This document shows positions 59,701 through 64,000 of a DNA stretch of 64,000 bases, piece after piece. The DNA is from a virus. Location: the IMG/VR virus record IMGVR_UViG_3300027754_000039, positions 117,589 through 181,588 of that record. The stretch is one strand, 5' to 3'. Numbering within the stretch: the first letter of the stretch is position 1; every line of letters starts with the position of its first letter. The notes beneath the pieces were generated by a model, which saw nothing but the letters and a program-made list of their open reading frames with translations, was not told the DNA's origin and did not search any database. The position numbers and the translations under genes are program-made.

Positions 59701-60398
59701 ACTGAACCTCCAACACCTACCTGACAGCCATCGGCAATAACAATACTACCAGTAATGTTTAAAGCAGGGTCAACATATACTATAAATAAAGTCGCACCAT
59801 CAGTATCCTTTGAAGGAGCTTGAGGCATAACCGGACAACCAGAAAGTGTATAAGTACCATTACCAGTAATAACTGCAGTTACATTAGCACGAGAAGTCCA
59901 AGAGCCATTATAACCCCAGCATTTATCAGTATGAAAACCAATTTGTGTCATTGCAAAAACCTGATTAACAGCAGAAGGATTTACTAAAGTAGCATTAAAA
60001 TTACCTGAACCTGTTGGGCCAGAACCACCGGCATACAAAAAAGCTGCTTGAATAATAGCTCCTACAGGTATTCCGGAAACAATAATAGGACAAGGTTGAG
60101 TTGTACCGGTTCCTGGAGGAACTCCGCTAAAAACTCTTTTATGTAAACGGGCCGAAACCTGTGTATAACCCAATCCACAAGCTGTTTGAGTATAGCTGGT
60201 TGCGATAACACCATTACCATTCATTACATTATTTGTTGAGTTCCCTATCGGTCTCAAATTTGAAATAGATGTAGTGTCTGCCCTAGGACAGTTATGACAA
60301 GGGGTACCAGGTAAATGAGCTGGATTTGTTTGAGCTGAGGCTGTAAGGCTTATTATAGCCATACTTGTAATAATAAGCCATTTTAATTTTGTTTTCAT
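56721..60398 (-). CDS. Large adhesin-like protein with Ig/SprB/PKD repeats and type B T9SS (gliding motility-associated) CTD
   Basis: Signal peptide A^Q; repeated YSWTGP...YTVTA units; GGNPAYTYTW; PIANFIW; YIPNAFTPNGD..NDVF...IYDRWGE...WDGTF..GVYVY. Confidence 0.9.
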   Translation of the reverse strand: MKTKLKWLIITSMAIISLTASAQTNPAHLPGTPCHNCPRADTTSISNLRPIGNSTNNVMNGNGVIATSYTQTACGLGYTQVSARLHKRVFSGVPPGTGTTQPCPIIVSGIPVGAIIQAAFLYAGGSGPTGSGNFNATLVNPSAVNQVFAMTQIGFHTDKCWGYNGSWTSRANVTAVITGNGTYTLSGCPVMPQAPSKDTDGATLFIVYVDPALNITGSIVIADGCQVGVGGSVNSLITGFNVCGNPTTTQNFMLVGDLQRISSPNLRMNSLVNNAGFPIASQQIWDYIPAPGAPAVNGQTTANYGITSTGDCYSLNMAGMFWQTGPCLTVTALSTPSCPTSNATVTVLGGNPAYTYTWTPTNQNTQVATGLTSGTYTVNVADNLGCKTGTAVVSVTTTPLNPITITSGTICSGNTSALTANGAPTYTWAPPATLNTISGPNVIANPIASTIYSVSFTNTAGCVGTQTTLVTVNPTPTITSVSNTGPVCQGSPVSLSVTTSAAGTTSYNWFGPNGFNSNLANPLIASSIPNNTGTYSVTVVNTFTNGGVCSSTSNSNLVIVPIAQVSVISTYTQCQGTNVNLNASVLGANSFSWTGPNYNNTQQNPILISVTPANSGNYSVTATFTSPSTTLVCSSTAVSNVSVVPMNQISVIPFQNACPNTNISITATAAGNPNYIWTSTNGFTGTLPSYTFNAQPNLNGTYSIAAVFSIGSVSCTTYNTTNLSIVLVNSITVIPQIIACENNNAALTATAQGAISYTWSGPNNFNVPQPITYFQNLNSSWNGNYTVTAAFTNGNITCYNTNTTTLLVNPKINFTLTPYIQLCYNSNYNVTGPLGASSYTWTGPGYNSITQNLFIPNVNLLNTGTYNLTVDLNGCKTYGSTNLQVLNPIVWQNTPSNKTICKGDSFTITAQAGNGSGNYAYNWIPEVGLSSANGSIQIGTSIGTMIYNISVFDVSCPQYTLNHTFTLNVNSAPIPNFQVNANKCEPFCALYNSKIKDAGFVNYVFNKDKVYYGDSIIICLPAGSYTLETVSTGTNGCREIFKYPNVINVYPTPIANFIWDPQDPTTVSKNKVTFYPSPLNKNYTYNWEFSNIDTPTEFTPTRIYDVQDKFPITMVVTTEFGCKDTITKILEIKEEFLLYIPNAFTPNGDSENDVFKPKGSGIKTYKMWIYDRWGEQIFVSTDITKGWDGTFKGIYCQNGVYVYVIIAINNANVKIEKIGHVTLLK

Positions 60399-60561
60399 AT
60401 ATAAGTTGATTTATTAATAAATATAATCTAATCAATTGAAACGACCGGTCTTTCCATAGACGGTAAGGCCGATTAACTAAGTAATTGTATTAAAGTAATT
60501 CTCATATTATCCTTATTTCTTAAATATAAGATAAATATTTAACAATAACAAATAAATCATG

Positions 60562-60600
60562 AAAAAATCACTCCTCGGTAGCGACACTTTGGAGTGATTT
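60562..60600 (-). terminator. Terminator-like hairpin
   Basis: AAATCACTCC...GGAGTGATTT followed by TTTC. Confidence 0.6.
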
Positions 60601-60750
60601 AAATTAGCCGTAGCTAATAACGGTCCTAATCCGTTATATCTTTTGGATTATTCCATTTTATTTTTTTGTTATCAAAATATTTGAATATTAATATAAGACT
60701 TATAATAGTGCCTATAGTAAATATTGAAATTTCTAATAGCAATTTAGATA

Positions 60751-60978
60751 TTATTCAGCTTTTTTACTGCCAGTAAATTTTTCAACTACATTACCGCCAA
60801 TACAAACCAATACAATTATTTTAACGGCATCAACTAATTCAGCTGATGGTTCAATATCTTTGTGTTGATATGAATTAAGTAACATTGTTATTGCAATAAA
60901 TAAAAAGCCTAAAAAAGCTATTACTCGTTTAATAGAAGTATCACCTCCAGTAAACATATCTTTAATAAATTTAATCAT
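60751..60978 (-). CDS. Small two-TM membrane protein
   Basis: SIKRVIAFLGFLFIAITML...IIVLVCIGGNVVEKF. Confidence 0.65.
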   Translation of the reverse strand: MIKFIKDMFTGGDTSIKRVIAFLGFLFIAITMLLNSYQHKDIEPSAELVDAVKIIVLVCIGGNVVEKFTGSKKAE

Positions 60979-61006
60979 GTTGTGTTTTTTTTTGTTTTAG
61001 TTATAA

Positions 61007-62032
61007 TTATTCTTTGTTTCCTTCCGAAGCGTACTTTACGCCCATTAACGTTCCTACAATGCTAAATGCATTTGTAAGTAATATGCCGAACATGTTTGAC
61101 CATGTTGATCCAATTATTTGAGTATCTTTATTTATTAGCAAGGCAAGCATATACATTAAACTTGTAATCACACCTACTCCCATTATAACATATAAAGCTA
61201 CTTTGACAATAGTACTTATCAATGCCGTTTGTGATTTCTTTTGAAGAACATCTAGATCATTTAGTGCCAATGCTTTTGCTTCTTCAGCTTGTTTATAAGC
61301 TTCTTCAGCAGATGCTTTTGCTATTAAAGCTTCTTCAGCTAAGCGCTCTGACTTTACACTTTCAGCCACGGCTTCGTCTTTTGCTTTGATTGCTGCTTGC
61401 TTTGCAACTTCAGTTTCTGTTAATGCCTTTTCTACTTGTCTGTTAATACGTGCATTTTCTTTTTCGGATCTTTGTAGCTCTATATTCTTTTCATCTGCTT
61501 TTTTAGTTATGCAGTTTATTATCTTAACAGAGTATGCAAATGAATAAAGTGCTGCTAACATTTGTACAAAATCAATTTCAGGTTTAAGCCAATATCTAGA
61601 AGTAAGATTTTCAAGACAAATAACTCCTATTATTTTACCTCTATAAATTATAGGAACATCAAGCATTGATTTGATGCCTAAAGGAATTAAATAAGAATCA
61701 GTAAAGCATGATGTTGCGTGGTGTGTGAGAGCATCTTCAGCTACAATGATTGGATCTGTAAGAAGTGCTTTAAAATATAATTCGTAATTTTTTTTATGTA
61801 ATTCTATGTCTTGATGCCATGCATCTTCAGACTTAACGTAAAGTTGTTGGCATATAATTGACGTTTTATTATCATTGTATAACCAAACAGAGCATCTATC
61901 TACATCTAACGATATAGTTACTTGTTTAGTTAAAGACTTAGCTCCTTCAACAATATTACCTTCATAAAATAAAGGATTACCAGACTCTGTTACAAGTATT
62001 GTCGTAAGTTTTTCAACGTATTTAATAGCCAT
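61007..62032 (-). CDS. GAF domain + coiled coil + two C-terminal TM helices
   Basis: LDVDRCSVWLY...YLIPLGIKSMLDVPIIYRGKIIGVICLEN...W...E..F; A/K/E-rich coil; two hydrophobic helices. Confidence 0.8.
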   Translation of the reverse strand: MAIKYVEKLTTILVTESGNPLFYEGNIVEGAKSLTKQVTISLDVDRCSVWLYNDNKTSIICQQLYVKSEDAWHQDIELHKKNYELYFKALLTDPIIVAEDALTHHATSCFTDSYLIPLGIKSMLDVPIIYRGKIIGVICLENLTSRYWLKPEIDFVQMLAALYSFAYSVKIINCITKKADEKNIELQRSEKENARINRQVEKALTETEVAKQAAIKAKDEAVAESVKSERLAEEALIAKASAEEAYKQAEEAKALALNDLDVLQKKSQTALISTIVKVALYVIMGVGVITSLMYMLALLINKDTQIIGSTWSNMFGILLTNAFSIVGTLMGVKYASEGNKE

Positions 62033-62167
62033 AGTACAGTAATAAATTTCAAACTGCGAAACTTATAAAACAATACTAATACTATTTTATATTATATTAA
62101 TAAATATCAATTACTAACAAAAGAAAACTCAAACGGTCATAAAAAAACCCCAATGAAGGGGCTTAAT

Positions 62168-62479
62168 TTATTTAATTATATTATTTGGCGTAATGTAAAT
62201 AAACGGTACTGAATCTCCAACATGATATTCTTTAATAGATATATATTTTATCGTGTCATCGATAGTAAGTCTATATCTTTCAAAAGGCGGAGTAGTCGAT
62301 AACATATTTATAATTTCGACATTGGTAATTCGATGCCACACTACATCCTTTTTATATCCGTCAGGTATGCCACATGAAGCTAACCCTATTACTATTAAAG
62401 AAATTAGTAATGCCCATGCTATAATTATTATTACTCGTAAATGTTTTTTTATGTAATTACGAAAGTTCTTCTTCTTCAT
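62168..62479 (-). CDS. Putative lipoprotein
   Basis: Basic N-terminus, hydrophobic helix, GLAS^C. Confidence 0.55.
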   Translation of the reverse strand: MKKKNFRNYIKKHLRVIIIIAWALLISLIVIGLASCGIPDGYKKDVVWHRITNVEIINMLSTTPPFERYRLTIDDTIKYISIKEYHVGDSVPFIYITPNNIIK

Positions 62480-62494
62480 ATTTTATTATTTTTA

Positions 62495-63960
62495 TTATTT
62501 AATCCATTCAAAATATCCCATTGTTATTGCTTCGGTAATTGTGAGATTTGAATTTTCTTTCATATACTTTAAAGCCCAAGTCATAACTTCTACCTGCAAA
62601 CCATACTCTTTAGCGTGATCTAATACCTCAGCTACGTTTTTCATATCTTCTATAATGTACTCTGATTCACTGAATAACTGCTCAGTCTCAGTCTCTACTA
62701 ATTTTTTTCTTCCGTTAGTAAAAAACCATCCAAATTTGGTATTAAACCAGTTATTAAATTTTTTTATATCTTTCATTTTACAAATAATTGTATTAATAAT
62801 TCCTTCATAATTTTTTATTTAATCTTCTAAGTTAAGTCCATATTCTTCTATAATTTCTCTAATTATTTCTCTATATTTTTCTGCAATATCCTGTTCAAAT
62901 TCAGGTGCTTCTGATTCAGTATGAATTACACTAATTGCATGTTTGGTTGTTTGTCTTAGTTTTTGATCTAAGTCCCATATAACTGATTTCCATCTATGTC
63001 CATCTAATGCTGTTCTTGCATCATTTGATTCTTCTTGAGAGTCGAACTCTAGTATTATCTTTCCCATTATATAAAGTATTTTTCTTTAACTAGAAATGCA
63101 TATAAACCTTTTACATCTTTACATATTTCTTTACCATCTTTATCATTTGCAGTTAAGTCTTTTTTTGGTTTACCTGAGATTCCATCTTTATCATAAAGAT
63201 ACCAGTTTAACCATTCGTTACCATCTTCAGTTAATAATTCCTCCCAAAGTACTTCAACAGCTCTTTGTATGTCATTCATGACGTCTAATAGATCAATTTT
63301 ACATTTGTAAACTTCATCCATTTTATTATTGTGACCTATCTGATAGTCAATAATCATTTTAAATTTTTCGTATTTCATAACTTTTCTATTTCTTGTTTTA
63401 CTTCATTCCAATAATCAAATCTATTAGTTTCCCATTGAACATTATCACTTCCATTCCAATTATAACATTCCTTGATAATTTCATCAACCGCTATTAAGGC
63501 CGCAACCTTACCTCCATCTGTTGTCAATAGACATTTATTTGAAAACTTATCAACTAACTCAGATGCTTTTTCTCTTGGTGTCATAACTTTCTATTTTTTA
63601 AATAATTTTTATAATCTTGTTTAATCGTCTAATCTCAGCGATTACGTCATCACCTAATTCAATTTTAGACATTGTTGTTAAGTCCATTATTTGACAAAAT
63701 AATAGATTAATTAATTCACTTTTTGCTTTCTCTCTTGGTGTTGTATCCTCTGGCCAATCCTCAGTGTGTTCATATGCTCCATCTGGACCAATTTGAAAGT
63801 CATCTGAAACGTATGGTTCATTTTCTAAACCATCATTTAACGTTACATCCCAATCTTTTAATTCAGCTTCTTTAGACATATCTTTTTGGCATTGGGTGTA
63901 GCCTTTTTTATAAGCAACTGTGTATGTATTTATTGCTATTTTTAATTCTTTTTTCTTCAT
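62495..63960 (-). CDS. Five small hypothetical genes (62495-62776, 62819-63067, 63067-63378, 63375-63584, 63598-63960)
   Basis: Tiled ORFs with shared short modules (TPREKA; SKIELGDDVIAEI). Confidence 0.6.
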
Positions 63961-64000
63961 ATTAGTCTTATTTGTTTAGTGTTTTCATATTTCAAATTGA

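Larger units (their letters stand above)
1265..62107 (-). promoter_or_regulatory. Putative late promoter motif ATATTTAT upstream of structural and leader genes
   Basis: Plus-strand ATAAATAT at 1265, 5496, 10500, 13716, 21532, 27344, 29875, 30285, 48019, 51481, 53321, 54024, 55388, 60417, 62100, each 4-70 nt upstream of a gene start. Confidence 0.6.

Noticed and set aside
55408-62032. T9SS/GAF segment as host chromosomal contamination
   Set aside because: Same strand, similar composition and same late-type upstream motif as flanking phage genes, with no housekeeping genes. Read-level confirmation is still advisable.
36-63281. Plus-strand ORFs in the track other than 46839-47039 (e.g. 3737-4096, 11413-11814, 41759-42154, 52625-53332) and nested minus ORFs (39732-39953, 44390-44581, 59347-59547)
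   Set aside because: Nearly all lie antisense to, or out of frame within, well-supported genes and show no recognisable motifs; the few in intergenic DNA (e.g. 23844-24062, 37717-37902) overlap RNA or palindrome elements. Treated as shadow ORFs.
1-64000. Alternative genetic code (stop-codon reassignment)
   Set aside because: Long conserved genes are uninterrupted in the standard code, TAG terminates the tmRNA tag, and no suppressor tRNA was seen.

Overview
A 64-kb, AT-rich segment of a large contractile-tailed (T4-superfamily-like, jumbo-type) bacteriophage. The host is very probably in Bacteroidota. Support: at least 16 promoters match the Bacteroidota TTTG/TAnnTTTG layout, all with a 20-nt spacer, and the window carries DUF4494, A^Q signal peptides and T9SS C-terminal sorting domains. 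Essentially all real genes are on the minus strand; the one convincing plus-strand gene is a 66-aa HTH protein. Layout: 1-13 kb baseplate/tail genes; 13-29 kb gp55-like sigma factor, HD hydrolase, ClpP, UvsE, methyltransferase, tRNA-Glu, transglycosylase, DNA ligase, holin, ThyA; 29.9-30.3 kb tmRNA; 30-37 kb small hypothetical genes; 37.4-46.6 kb gene cassettes headed by a conserved promoter plus tandem palindromes (including MoxR-AAA/vWA and three tRNA-like RNAs); 47.6-55.3 kb an array of proteins sharing N-terminal leaders ending in (L/I)xE, including three ADP-ribosyltransferase-like domains; 55-62 kb two T9SS-type cargo proteins and a GAF membrane protein. Best candidates for undescribed biology: (1) the leader-tagged putative capsid-cargo array with ART-like domains; (2) the fixed-geometry palindrome-promoter set next to the lone HTH gene; (3) tRNA mimics with conserved acceptor and T arms but defective anticodon arms; (4) phage-encoded T9SS cargo; (5) tmRNA with a long tag plus ClpP and ClpS. 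All product calls come from visual motif recognition; no database searches were run.
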